DNA of 64,000 nt from NCBI GenBank assembly GCA_000004985.1, contig GG738924.1; one strand, 5' to 3'. Shown piece by piece: positions 19,172 through 29,771 of this stretch. Source of the DNA: Naegleria gruberi (Eukaryota). A program made the translations under genes and the position numbers. The notes under the pieces were generated by a model. It saw only the letters and a list, made by a program, of their open reading frames with translations, had not been told where the DNA came from and searched no databases. Each line of letters starts with the position of its first letter. Within the stretch, counting starts at the first letter, position 1.

Positions 19172-20119
19172 ATGCATCAAGAACGTAATTCAGTGTTGTG
19201 GAACAATTCAAACGATCCTTTCTATAATGGTAGTGGTAGCAATGATATGTTGAGTCCATCATCTGCTGCTGGTGTATCATCTGAATATACATTCCAACCA
19301 ATTAGACATGATGATTTTTTCGGAGGAAGAGGACACTCAAGAAATCCATCATTTGATATGGTTGATGTTAATTATAATAGTGGAGGAAGTGCATCAAATA
19401 GTAGACCAACATCACCAATTGGAATTAGAAGCACATCACCATTGGTAGCAAATCAACAACAAATGAGAAAGCAAAATAGTTTGGAACCAGTCATTGATGA
19501 AGTACCTTTATTAGAAGAATTAGGAATTAACTTTACTGATATGTGGGACAGAAGTTTATTTGTTTTAAATCCATTCTCTAGGGAGAGAAGAAAGGCACTT
19601 CACTCCATGATGATTACCAACGATCCACACTATCAAAATCAACAACAACAACAACATCATCGTAATTCCTCTATGAGCAGTGAGGAATCAACTATACAAC
19701 ACCTTTTGAAAGATATGGATTTAGCCGGACCTTTGATCTTTTGTCTGGCTTTAGGATTTACACTTCTTCTCAAAGGAAAGATTCACTTTAATTATATTTA
19801 CGGAGTTGTTGTTATTGGATGTTTATCAATTTATGTTCTTTTGAATTTAATGTGTCCTCTCTCGAAGCACATTGAATTACAACATTGTATTTCTATTCTC
19901 GGATATGGTTTATTACCAATGGTTGTTCTTGGCTTGTTAACAACACTCTTACCATTCCCATATGTGAGCTTGGTGTTGAGTGCTATTGCTGTATTTTGGA
20001 GTACATATGGATCGAGTACAATGTTTGTTGCTGCTCTAGGAATGAGTCATCAGAGAATGCTTGTTTCCTATCCAATAGGATTGGTCTATGCCACTTTTGC
20101 TTTGATTACTGTCTTGTAA
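19172..20119 (+). CDS. Yip1-family Golgi membrane protein (YIPF5/Yip1-like)
   Basis: DEVPLLEELGINF...VLNP...DLAGPLIFCLALGFTLLLKGKIHFNYIYGVVVIGCLSIYVLLNLM... is collinear with the human YIPF5 core and its 5 TM helices. A 45-aa Q-rich insertion is in frame, with no GT donor. Confidence 0.8.
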   Translation: MHQERNSVLWNNSNDPFYNGSGSNDMLSPSSAAGVSSEYTFQPIRHDDFFGGRGHSRNPSFDMVDVNYNSGGSASNSRPTSPIGIRSTSPLVANQQQMRKQNSLEPVIDEVPLLEELGINFTDMWDRSLFVLNPFSRERRKALHSMMITNDPHYQNQQQQQHHRNSSMSSEESTIQHLLKDMDLAGPLIFCLALGFTLLLKGKIHFNYIYGVVVIGCLSIYVLLNLMCPLSKHIELQHCISILGYGLLPMVVLGLLTTLLPFPYVSLVLSAIAVFWSTYGSSTMFVAALGMSHQRMLVSYPIGLVYATFALITVL

Positions 20120-20311
20120 ATGCAATGACATGTTAATAAATTATTATATTAATTACATATATTATGTTGTAAAATAAGTAAATCATTGCGTGTTGTTGTA
20201 CTGTAGTTGAATCTAAAATGACTTTACTATTCCTTGTTGTTACAAAAAACTAGCCGTTTCATAAAAATTTAAATTTAATAAAAATGCAAAACCGTTACAA
20301 AAGCAATTTTT

Positions 20312-20319
20312 TATAAATA
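20312..20319 (+). promoter_or_regulatory. TATA-like element (TATAAATA) 67 nt upstream of the histone H3 ATG
   Basis: Position and sequence only. No experimental support. Confidence 0.3.
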
Positions 20320-20378
20320 GACCAAACCATTCAATTTGGCTCAAACACCAAGTTAAAAAAAAACAACACAATAACAAA

Positions 20379-20795
20379 ATGGCCAGAACCAAGCAAACTG
20401 CCAGAAAGTCCACAGGTGGTAAAGCACCAAGAAAACAATTGGCTTCCAAAGCTGCTAGAAAGTCCGCCAAACAACCATCAACTGGTGGTTTGAAGAAGCC
20501 ACACAGATATAAGCCAGGTACCGTTGCCTTGAGAGAAATCAGAAAGTATCAAAAGTCCACTGAATTGTTGATCAGAAAGTTGCCATTCCAAAGATTGGTC
20601 AGAGAAATTGCTCAAGACTACAAGTCTGACTTGCGTTTCCAATCTAATGCTGTCTTGGCTTTGCAAGAAGCTTCCGAAGCCTATTTGGTTTCCTTGTTTG
20701 AAGATACCAACTTATGTGCCATCCACGCTAAGAGAGTTACTATCATGCAAAAGGATATGCAATTGGCCAAGAGAATTAGAGGTGAAAGAACTTAA
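20379..20795 (+). CDS. Histone H3 (divergent variant, 138 aa)
   Basis: [79 protein letters not shown]...[26 protein letters not shown]4/K9/K27/K36 are conserved. There is a 1-residue insertion (KQPSTGG) in the tail. No histone 3' stem-loop is visible downstream. Confidence 0.9.
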   Translation: MARTKQTARKSTGGKAPRKQLASKAARKSAKQPSTGGLKKPHRYKPGTVALREIRKYQKSTELLIRKLPFQRLVREIAQDYKSDLRFQSNAVLALQEASEAYLVSLFEDTNLCAIHAKRVTIMQKDMQLAKRIRGERT

Positions 20796-21278
20796 TTCAA
20801 TTTTTGCTAACCTTTCATATGATGATGATAATTTGTGTGAGGTGAGTCCTTTTGATTGAACTAACCCCTTTATCTAAATGACCATGTGATTCCCTATTAT
20901 ATTAATTATGTGTGATGAATTAATTATTATTTATTAATGTGATTCCGAAACACAATAGTGATGGTAACGACTTATCCACAAAGTAATCATTGTATCTATT
21001 CCCAACAACAAATCCTAGGCTTCTTGTAAATATAAAAACCCCAAACTATTAATTATTTATAATTCAAAACTTGTTCTTCTCAATCTCTTGGTCTAGAATT
21101 GTTAATATCAAACAATCGAAACTGTGCAGACTATTTGCATGTTTCATATAGTTGTGGAATCATTATCAGTTTGATAACACATTCTTTAAATTTGTCCAAA
21201 TTATTATCAAATCTTTCTTATTCTTTTTAAATCAGCAGCTAGTCTTGCTATGTGAAAACCCAATAGAATGGAATTAGT

Positions 21279-23837
21279 TTATTCAGTTTTTCCAAATGTT
21301 TCAAAACTAAATGGTTGAAACAATGATCCTGTTCCTCCAAAGAATTTACCTTGGAATTCAATCCAGGTCAATCTAATGGCATGCAAGAAGGCAGACAATG
21401 ATTCCATAATTAGTAAAACTCCAATAGTCATGCCAAACCACAAGGCACACAAGAAGAAAACTCCAATACCATAATGAACTAGGATGTCTTCCAATAACGG
21501 ATACGATTCTAAACTATTTAAGAGAATACCCAATGTCATTTGCCAAAAAACTTCAGATAATTGAGCGTGAGCTAGGGAAAGAGCCCACAATCTAAGATAG
21601 GAAGCAGTGTTGGAGACAGTGTTGAGAACGTATTCGATTGTGTGGATGAGTTGTTTGATGAATAATTCAGAGAAGGGTTCAATTTCTGCGTGGTTGGTTA
21701 CTTTTGTTTCGTCTAGTTTGATTTCATGAGATTCTTCTTCACTATTCGAAAGCACTGGTTCACTTTCCAATACCTTTTTCAACTTTCTCTTTTGTTTGTA
21801 ATATTCAATCACTGGTTTTGGAATCAACAAGATTGGAACTGAAATGACAGCAATCAACAATAAAGTCAATTGAGCATAAGTTTGCTTTTTCTGAGCTTCC
21901 TCCACACTTCCACCAAAATAAAACAATGGAGGTTGAGACATCTTCCAAGGACTCAAAAAGAAATCAGTCATTGTTGGTAAAAGTTGTGGAATTTCAATAT
22001 TTACATGAGTTTCGTCTCCCCAATTTACACACCACTTGTAAACAATCATAATTGACATGTATCCGAAAGTACACCATAAAATTAACAATTCTGGAATGAA
22101 TTCAAGGAAAATATCAAGAAAATGACCAAATTGAATCATGTTAACAAGGGAGAAGAGTAATCCTGCTGTCATGTGTCCAACGCCAAAGATAATTGCCATT
22201 TTCATCTTTAAGGAGTTGTAAAATAAGAGTTTGTTTGAGGTGTGGAACCAACCAGGATCGATACCGAAAGGATAAGTTCTAGATTCGTCTTTGTGTCCAA
22301 TTCCATTTTGATCAAAATTGAAAGCAGTTGGGAAGAGGTCAACTGAGAGACCAAAACCATCATTGTATAAGAAACCAGTGTAAATGGAGAAGAGTCCCAT
22401 CAGGATGAGGATGTATCTGCCCTGGAAAATCATGGCAAGCAATTCATTATTCTCAGCAATTGGCTTTAGTCTTCTTTCGAATATAATCATGCAGAAACTA
22501 AAAATGGAAAGCAAGAGTCCATGACCAAAATCTCCAAACATGACAGAGAAGAGAAAAGGAAAGAAAATAACAGAAGCCACAGCTGGATTCATCTCCTTAT
22601 AATTTGGAATACCATACGAGTTGACAATTTGTTGGAAAACTTCAGTAAACTTGTTAGTTTCGAAAAAAGTTGGTGGAGTTTCGTCTGTGTGAATAATATC
22701 GACTAGGGTTGGAATTTCAACGTGCATTTCAAACATGGCTTGTTCCATTTCCCTTCTGACCGTTTCGACATGTCTCTCAGCAACCCAACCAAGAGCTACA
22801 ACTGAGTTTCGAATATCGTAATTGAACATGTTGAGAGTGTGATAGATTGCCTTCTCTCTGAATACATTGTTATTCCATTCACTCATGTTACTTGCAATTT
22901 CACTCAATAAGTCCAACAAACGACTTTTGGAATTCTCAATTGTCATTTCAAGTTCGCGAACTTGCTGATTAACTTTTTTGGAAGATTCTCCTGGAGTTTC
23001 ATCACTTGGAATATCATAGATGGTTGCACCCATTGCTTCACATATCTTTTTAATCTTCTCCTTTGCTGTTGAAGATCCAAAGAAAACTGTAAAAACAAGT
23101 TTGGATACAGTTTTACCTAATTTGGAATCGTAAATTGGAGAAGAAATTTCATAAAGTTTTGGAATGGCATTTCCACGAGTGCTACGATAGATAAGCATGT
23201 TAAAAGCAGACACTTTCTCACTTGGAATAACTCCTGTCAGACAACCAAGAGATGACATTTGACTTTCTCTGTTCAACATTGAGCTAGAGGCACCTGATTG
23301 AGATTCTTCACTTGCCTCACCATCCAAATTACCTGCCAATTCAATTACTTGCAGGAATTCCTCGGCCTTACTCTTTTGAGAAACTAATTGTTCAATGCCA
23401 TCTGACAGATTTCTCAATTCTGCTTCCAATTTGACAAATTCTCTTTCATATCTATCCAACAAATTAACTGAACCTTCTTGCAACTCATTTACATCACCAT
23501 TCATCTTGTCACTTTCCTCAACAAATTTGACATTTGACTTTTCCATCTCTTGCTCAAAGAATCTAATAATTCTCTCCAAGTCCTCACATCTCTTCACTTC
23601 ATTAGCATAATGTCTCTGAAACCCATTTAAATGAGATGACAAATCTTTAAACTCAACCAATCCTAATTGACCTAACCGTTCCACACTTCTGTGAGCAACT
23701 TCTCTCTGCATGGTCATTTCCAATAGAACCATCGTTTCACTTCTCCACGATGAAGCGCTGCCGTCCTTCTTGGAATTTCTATTCGAAACTAATCGAGAAA
23801 GAAAGTTTTGGCCAACACCATTTTCAGCACTGGACAT
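21279..23837 (-). CDS. V-type proton ATPase 116 kDa subunit a
   Basis: Single 852-aa ORF. The N-terminal LFRSEEM-like region is conserved (ETMVLLEMTMQREVAHRSVERLGQLGLVEFKDL). There is a coiled-coil cytosolic half and a C-terminal TM bundle ending ...FSFETF. Confidence 0.9.
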   Translation of the reverse strand: MSSAENGVGQNFLSRLVSNRNSKKDGSASSWRSETMVLLEMTMQREVAHRSVERLGQLGLVEFKDLSSHLNGFQRHYANEVKRCEDLERIIRFFEQEMEKSNVKFVEESDKMNGDVNELQEGSVNLLDRYEREFVKLEAELRNLSDGIEQLVSQKSKAEEFLQVIELAGNLDGEASEESQSGASSSMLNRESQMSSLGCLTGVIPSEKVSAFNMLIYRSTRGNAIPKLYEISSPIYDSKLGKTVSKLVFTVFFGSSTAKEKIKKICEAMGATIYDIPSDETPGESSKKVNQQVRELEMTIENSKSRLLDLLSEIASNMSEWNNNVFREKAIYHTLNMFNYDIRNSVVALGWVAERHVETVRREMEQAMFEMHVEIPTLVDIIHTDETPPTFFETNKFTEVFQQIVNSYGIPNYKEMNPAVASVIFFPFLFSVMFGDFGHGLLLSIFSFCMIIFERRLKPIAENNELLAMIFQGRYILILMGLFSIYTGFLYNDGFGLSVDLFPTAFNFDQNGIGHKDESRTYPFGIDPGWFHTSNKLLFYNSLKMKMAIIFGVGHMTAGLLFSLVNMIQFGHFLDIFLEFIPELLILWCTFGYMSIMIVYKWCVNWGDETHVNIEIPQLLPTMTDFFLSPWKMSQPPLFYFGGSVEEAQKKQTYAQLTLLLIAVISVPILLIPKPVIEYYKQKRKLKKVLESEPVLSNSEEESHEIKLDETKVTNHAEIEPFSELFIKQLIHTIEYVLNTVSNTASYLRLWALSLAHAQLSEVFWQMTLGILLNSLESYPLLEDILVHYGIGVFFLCALWFGMTIGVLLIMESLSAFLHAIRLTWIEFQGKFFGGTGSLFQPFSFETFGKTE

Positions 23838-24333
23838 TTTGTTTTGTTTTTTTCAATTTGGTTTTTGGTAATTGGTGCAAGTGCAGTGGATGTTTTAAAT
23901 TGGATGAAAAATTTAGTGGCGGGAAAATGGTTAGCTCAATGGATTGAGAATCGGGTTTATGAAATTTATTCGATAAAATACCGGTCGTAGGGAAGAGTTG
24001 TTTTTTGGGAGTTTCATTGATACCGATTCCATCAATTTACAATGGATGATTATATAAATATCTATTTTATCAAATTAAGATTTAGAATTTTTAATTTATT
24101 TAATTTTTCAAACTGTCTGACCCTTAATCATTAATAATAATATACTCCGAATTATACATGAACATGTTGATGATTAATTCCCATTCTCAATCATGGAGTG
24201 TAATGCAATTAGAATATATTTCTCAATGCTTAGGACCAATCCTGATTTCCAAATATTAACCAGAAAAACTAATTCTTAAACTTGCTAAGGATTATTGAGG
24301 AGTAATATATATTGTGTTACAAATTATTTAAAT

Positions 24334-27300
24334 TTATTCATTCTTGACGATTAAATTCTTGAAATTTCCACTCAATTGTAGAGAACGAATAGCAGAAACT
24401 ACACTCGATTGCATTGGAAGAGAACAGAGGGGAGAATCAGATTTCAAAACCCTCTCTCTTGAGAAGGATTGCAATATCTGAGAAATGTACTGATCAAGAG
24501 AATTATTGGCTAGTCCAATACTCGCAAATAAATTAAACTTTTCCTTTGACATTTCTAATTTGAGAGTTTTCTGAGATTTTGAAAGTGATCGAGAAAGTGA
24601 TTTTCTTCTCTTACTTGGTGATTGATGAGTTTCGCTTGGAAGGGCTACTGTGATGAATTTCATAGAGTTGGTGAGTGAGATGGCTGGTTCTTGAATGGAT
24701 GACTGAATGTAATCCCACAATGGCTTGATGTTTGGTTGAGAGTCAATCTTTGCCAAGTCCAAGGAAATTAGAGAATATAAATATGGGAATAATTTCTGCA
24801 GAATAATTCTATAAATTTCCATTGTCTCCTTTTCAGATAATTGACCATTCCTACTTGTTGAAAGTAAATCCAAGATTTGACAAACTGTAGAATGGAATTG
24901 GAATAATCTCTTCTCAAATAGAACTGGCTTGAAGTTATTCTCAAAAAAGACTTTGGATAACTCCTCACACAAGAATGCAAAATCACTCGCAAATGCATCG
25001 TTACTCATTGGTGATTTCTCATTGTATGACTGTTTAGCTGTAGCAGAGAAGGAATCGATATGGTGAAGCATTGTGAGAGTTTGTTTGGAATTTCTATTGG
25101 AAATGAATGGACTATGGAAGAAGTCAGTCGAATTTCTATAGATTTGCTCTGGAAGCATCAATTGCATGAGGATTTTCGGCAGCACATTACCTTGATCCAA
25201 AAGGAATTCAATCAATAATTTCATTTGTGCTGTCTCTGTATCAGTTTCATTCAAATTTTTGCTTTTCAGCGAAGGAGAAAATTGATTAAAAGCTTCAAGA
25301 ATTTCCTCGAATTCAGGATTACTGCTCTCGCTCATCAAATCATAGAGAGATCTTCTCATGACCCAGTACTTGTTCTTTGTATTACAAGATATGAGTTGGT
25401 ACAAATTTTCTAACAGAGCTGGATACAATTTTTGAGAACCAGCAATGATATTCGTTGTCTTTTCATCCAAAAAGGTCATATTCTGCTTGTTTGACAAGCT
25501 CCACTTTCCTACAATAATATCCATAAAGCACTTGTAAGTCTCCCGTATCAGAGGATGACTCTTTGTGAGTAGATGAATTCGTTTGTTAATCTTAAAGTTT
25601 CTCACCTGGTTAGAGAGTTTGTAAATCCGTCCTCTACATAGTGCTTGCAGTTGAGTGAGTTGTTCCTCATTGATATTATGTGGAATTATTGGTATAGATG
25701 GCTGAGGAGGTGTAGCAGTGATCTTTGAATCTGAAGTGATGGAACAAGTACTGCTACCGACACTTGTTGTGGAATTTGTGAGGGAAATGTTATTTACATT
25801 ATCTGATTCTTGATTCGTGATGTTATTATTTACATTGGATTCATTTTCTTCTAAATTGATCGAGGAATTATTGCAACTAGAAGTATTAACAATATTACCA
25901 ATTGTGGAAGAAGTGTGAGGTTGTTGAGAGACTTTTTCAGAGTGGAATTGTCTTCTCGTTTGAGATCCAAGAAGTATGGCCTGTACGGTTTCAATACTGT
26001 TCATGGTGCGTTCTCTTCTCATTCTATTGACCTTACCAAAGGCAGCTGTGCAAATGTAGCTCATAAATACGAGGCCCTTGGTTGACTTTTTTCTTTCCAC
26101 ATAACCTCTGAATAGAGATTGAATGACAAGAGATGATTCCTCTTGGAATTTAGCTCTATGACTCGATGAATACATGGTGAGGAAGGCAATTCTTTGTCTC
26201 TCGAGTGTAATTTCTGATACTTTCTTTGGAGTATCAAAGGTTATGCTACTACTATTGTCAATTCCAAGATTTTCCATTAATTTAATACTCTCAGCTCTCA
26301 TTCTCAAGTGTTTCTCTGAGGAATTTCTCGAATTCCAAATCAACAATTGATCAGTATTCCATTCATCATCATTTGAAGGAGTAATTGCAGAACGAGTCAA
26401 TTGACTAATCGGTATTTGAGCTAGAGTAGTTGAAACATCAGAAATGGATCTATTTCTACCTTCTCTAGATCCATAGAATTTTACAATTCCAACATTTGAT
26501 TTTCCACTTTGACTGCTTCTTCTTGGCATTTTCATCTTTTTCCCAAAAATTATTGTCAAATCTTCATCATTTGAAACTGTTGGAATTTCTTCAGGTCTAG
26601 TTTCCTCACCTCCAATCTTATTCACTTGTTTCTTGATATTCGTATTCACTTTGACGAAAATGGACGAAAATTCATCATCGGACAAATCTTGATCTAAAAA
26701 TTCATCATTAAAAGATGATTTCAAACCACCATTAGGAAGAAATGATGATAATTTCAAATCATCACCATTCTCTAACTCATCATCCTCATCTTCATCATAT
26801 AAAGATAGTGAATGATGATTATTTCCACCATTTCCTCCATTATTACAACTGTATAATCTTTCATTATATTCGAAATCATCCTCTAGTTCATCATCTTGAT
26901 CATTGAAATATTTAGGAATGAGAGAGGGATCCAATTCATCATCGTACATGTTGGAATAAACGGAAATATCACTCATATTTCTCAAATGTTTGTTAAAGTT
27001 TCGTTTTGGTGTTGTTTGTTGTTGTTCGAAAGTTAAATTTGTTGTTATTGCTGATGATGAAGCATTATAGTTGCTACTATTGTTATTAGAATGTCCTTTG
27101 AGTTTCGAATTAAAGCAAGGAGATTGATGTTGTGGTGAATCTAGCAGGAAAGGTTTCGAATAATTATTATTATCCACAGCTTTTGGAGGCATTACACTAG
27201 TACTTGATAATGGTAATGACTTGGTTTTGATGGATAATCCTAAATTATCTTCATCATCCATAAATTCGTCCAGAGTTTCGTCTATAATTTCTTCCTCATC

Positions 27301-27717
27301 ATCAGCATCAAGGAAATTTTGTTTCAATCTATTATTCGTATTGATTTTAATCATCGTGTCATCGTCATCGTCTTCATGAAAACTCTTGACACTTGTACTT
27401 TCTCCACAACTGCTTGTACTATTCGAATCTAAAACTGTTGAAGTGGATAACGAAAAATTATTATCCAAAGTTGTTGTTGTTGCTGATGAATTTGCTTGTT
27501 CTTCTTGAGAGAATCTAACTTTTAATTTGTTTGATGGAATGACTAGATGAAAGGAATCATCAGTTTCGTCTGGAGTTTCCAATAGTTTCGTATTTTCTAT
27601 CGGAAAGAATGATGATGGTTGTACCATGTTACTACTAGAGGTTGATGGAAATTGTTTAATTGTTGTTGTTTCTTCCTCTTGAAATCTCTCATATGTTTTT
27701 CTGCAGTCATCTGTCAT
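24334..27717 (-). CDS. Large IQ-motif-containing protein (1127 aa), function unassigned
   Basis: Two IQ-type calmodulin-binding motifs (LVIQSLFRGYVERKK, LQALCRGRIYKLSNQVRNFK). The N-terminus is S/N/D-rich and low-complexity. The C-terminal 450 aa are helical. No motor, GEF or GAP catalytic motif is confidently recognised. Confidence 0.5.
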   Translation of the reverse strand: MTDDCRKTYERFQEEETTTIKQFPSTSSSNMVQPSSFFPIENTKLLETPDETDDSFHLVIPSNKLKVRFSQEEQANSSATTTTLDNNFSLSTSTVLDSNSTSSCGESTSVKSFHEDDDDDTMIKINTNNRLKQNFLDADDEEEIIDETLDEFMDDEDNLGLSIKTKSLPLSSTSVMPPKAVDNNNYSKPFLLDSPQHQSPCFNSKLKGHSNNNSSNYNASSSAITTNLTFEQQQTTPKRNFNKHLRNMSDISVYSNMYDDELDPSLIPKYFNDQDDELEDDFEYNERLYSCNNGGNGGNNHHSLSLYDEDEDDELENGDDLKLSSFLPNGGLKSSFNDEFLDQDLSDDEFSSIFVKVNTNIKKQVNKIGGEETRPEEIPTVSNDEDLTIIFGKKMKMPRRSSQSGKSNVGIVKFYGSREGRNRSISDVSTTLAQIPISQLTRSAITPSNDDEWNTDQLLIWNSRNSSEKHLRMRAESIKLMENLGIDNSSSITFDTPKKVSEITLERQRIAFLTMYSSSHRAKFQEESSLVIQSLFRGYVERKKSTKGLVFMSYICTAAFGKVNRMRRERTMNSIETVQAILLGSQTRRQFHSEKVSQQPHTSSTIGNIVNTSSCNNSSINLEENESNVNNNITNQESDNVNNISLTNSTTSVGSSTCSITSDSKITATPPQPSIPIIPHNINEEQLTQLQALCRGRIYKLSNQVRNFKINKRIHLLTKSHPLIRETYKCFMDIIVGKWSLSNKQNMTFLDEKTTNIIAGSQKLYPALLENLYQLISCNTKNKYWVMRRSLYDLMSESSNPEFEEILEAFNQFSPSLKSKNLNETDTETAQMKLLIEFLLDQGNVLPKILMQLMLPEQIYRNSTDFFHSPFISNRNSKQTLTMLHHIDSFSATAKQSYNEKSPMSNDAFASDFAFLCEELSKVFFENNFKPVLFEKRLFQFHSTVCQILDLLSTSRNGQLSEKETMEIYRIILQKLFPYLYSLISLDLAKIDSQPNIKPLWDYIQSSIQEPAISLTNSMKFITVALPSETHQSPSKRRKSLSRSLSKSQKTLKLEMSKEKFNLFASIGLANNSLDQYISQILQSFSRERVLKSDSPLCSLPMQSSVVSAIRSLQLSGNFKNLIVKNE

Positions 27718-28108
27718 TTTGGACTCTTCGATGTTTGGTGGCTGACAAATTCAAGAGGAGCGATGGCTGTTTTTTTAAAAAAGATGCCTTGGTTTATTAT
27801 CGAACGTTTCTCTCTTTGTAATACTTGATGTTGAGACTCTTTTCGAATGGAGAGTTTCGTATTTACGTTGGTTGATGATTTTTGCCTGTTCGTATGTGGA
27901 GAGTTTCGAATATTCATTTTAGCAAGTTTTCAATGTTCTAAAATCCGACTCATACTTGTTTCTTTGAAATTATTTACGGTTATTGAGAGCTAGTTGGATT
28001 GTGTTTCAATTTCGACAACTGACATTATCTCTTCTATTACTATCTTGCATGATAAATCATTTCAAATAAATTATTTGAAATATAATGATTATTCAATTAT
28101 TGACCTTT

Positions 28109-29661
28109 CTAATAAAATTGTCTAGTCTTGTTGTTCAATTCTAACCATTCCTTATACCAAGAACGATCAGGAAACACTTTCTTATTATCCTCAATAGCTT
28201 GTCTATGTTTATGACAATCAGAAATTTCATGATCTGAAGCTGGCACAGTTCCATTCTTAGTTAAAACATTCAAAGTTTTGGTGAATCCTTTAAATAGTAA
28301 TTTTGCTCTCTTTTTCCAAAATATTTCAGATAATAAATTAGTTTGGAATGGTAAATCAAAATTAGTATAGGTCACGTGAACTAATCTTGTAAATCTATCA
28401 GAAAGTCTGTAGAATAGATAGTAGCTCAGTGAATCTGCCTTGACGTGTCCTTGAGATGGCATTTCTTCTTCTGAGAAATCAGCAGTGTGTAATAGATGAA
28501 ATAAGAGATCAGTTTCTTGGATGGTGGTTGCTACAGATGACAGTTGTCGTTTTTTGACAAGTGGTAGAGATAGGTCAATACCGATTGAAAGACATTGAGT
28601 AGCATAGGAAGAATTAATTCCTTCTGAACCCAAGCCATTCAATCCACTAGGAGGTCTATAATCATGCAATTCGAAACCTTTCGTCTGAGGATCAAACGAA
28701 TTATGATTGTCAGCATCAAATAACATTGTTGACACATCTTCCAATGAAAATGGCAGATACATTACAGCTTTCAACAACTTCATTCCCTTCGATTCTCCAA
28801 AAAAGTAAGTACTGTTCGAAGAGTAACAATATAAATCTTCCCTTTCGTATATTAATTTCCAATCTGGCGTGTCTTGGGCAAGTGTGAAACCAAAGTAAAT
28901 GTGATTGTCGGTAATTAGTTGTTCTTTCAAGTCTTTTGGTTTAAATCTCAAATCGACATTGTATCCTTTGGAAATATCGTATCCAATTGATCTGGTGAAG
29001 GTTTCACCTTTGAGTTTCAGAAAGTTTCGTAATTTTTCTGAACGAACAAATCTTGGAAATTGGTCCATCTTTAAATCTAGTGAACAGATGACATAACTTT
29101 TGAGAATAAAGCATCAGGATGTAATTTTTTCATTATTGCACTTTCTAATTGCTCCAACGAAAGTTGACTATCAGAAGCAACACAAAATGAAAGTCTAGAA
29201 CTACTCTGACTACCACCTGTCAAAGTAATAAACGTATCAAGCAAATCCTCTTTAGCCAGTTTCCAATAATTCAACAGCCAACTCTGACTAGTTCCAATAT
29301 TCAACTCTTTTTCACTATGATATTCAATAAATGTTTGAATAATCTTCTCCACTCGTAAAATAACCTCATTTCTGAACAAATTCTTGTTTTGTTTGGAAGA
29401 ATTTGATGAATTCTTGAGTGAAACCTTTTCTTCATCTGCCCAGCCACCAAAAACCTCCTTCAGCACCTGTTCATACCCACTGAAATACTCAGCATAGGTA
29501 TCGAGGAAAAGTAGAGGTTCTTCATTTCTACAATCTTGAAGAAAGTCTTGAAAGATCTTTCTTGCTTCCTTGTTATCGAGAACTGCTTCATAGTCGATAA
29601 AGTAATTGGAGGGATCGAAGTGGGCTTGTGATGACATTTTTTTGTAGGTGCCATAAAACAA
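28109..29661 (-). pseudogene. Disrupted tandem paralog of the RGS-domain gene at 29772..31337
   Basis: ORF 29077..29661 is paralogous to the N-terminal RGS half, and ORF 28109..29068 to the C-terminal half. At the junction the intact copy reads ...SSVHLDLKMDQFPRF. This copy has a 1-bp deletion plus a substitution that creates TAG after SSVH and shifts the frame. Confidence 0.5.
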
Positions 29662-29771
29662 TTAGGTAAGGCCAAACGTGATGGGAAATTTGACACTCTG
29701 CCATAAATACATTTTTGGATGGGGATTAATATGGAACAATTACATAAGTAGCCAAGTTAAGAACTAGAATG

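Noticed and set aside
20796-20900. Search for a metazoan-type histone 3' stem-loop after H3
   Set aside because: No GGCTCTTTTCAGAGCC-like hairpin is present within 100 nt of the stop. The mRNA is presumably polyadenylated.
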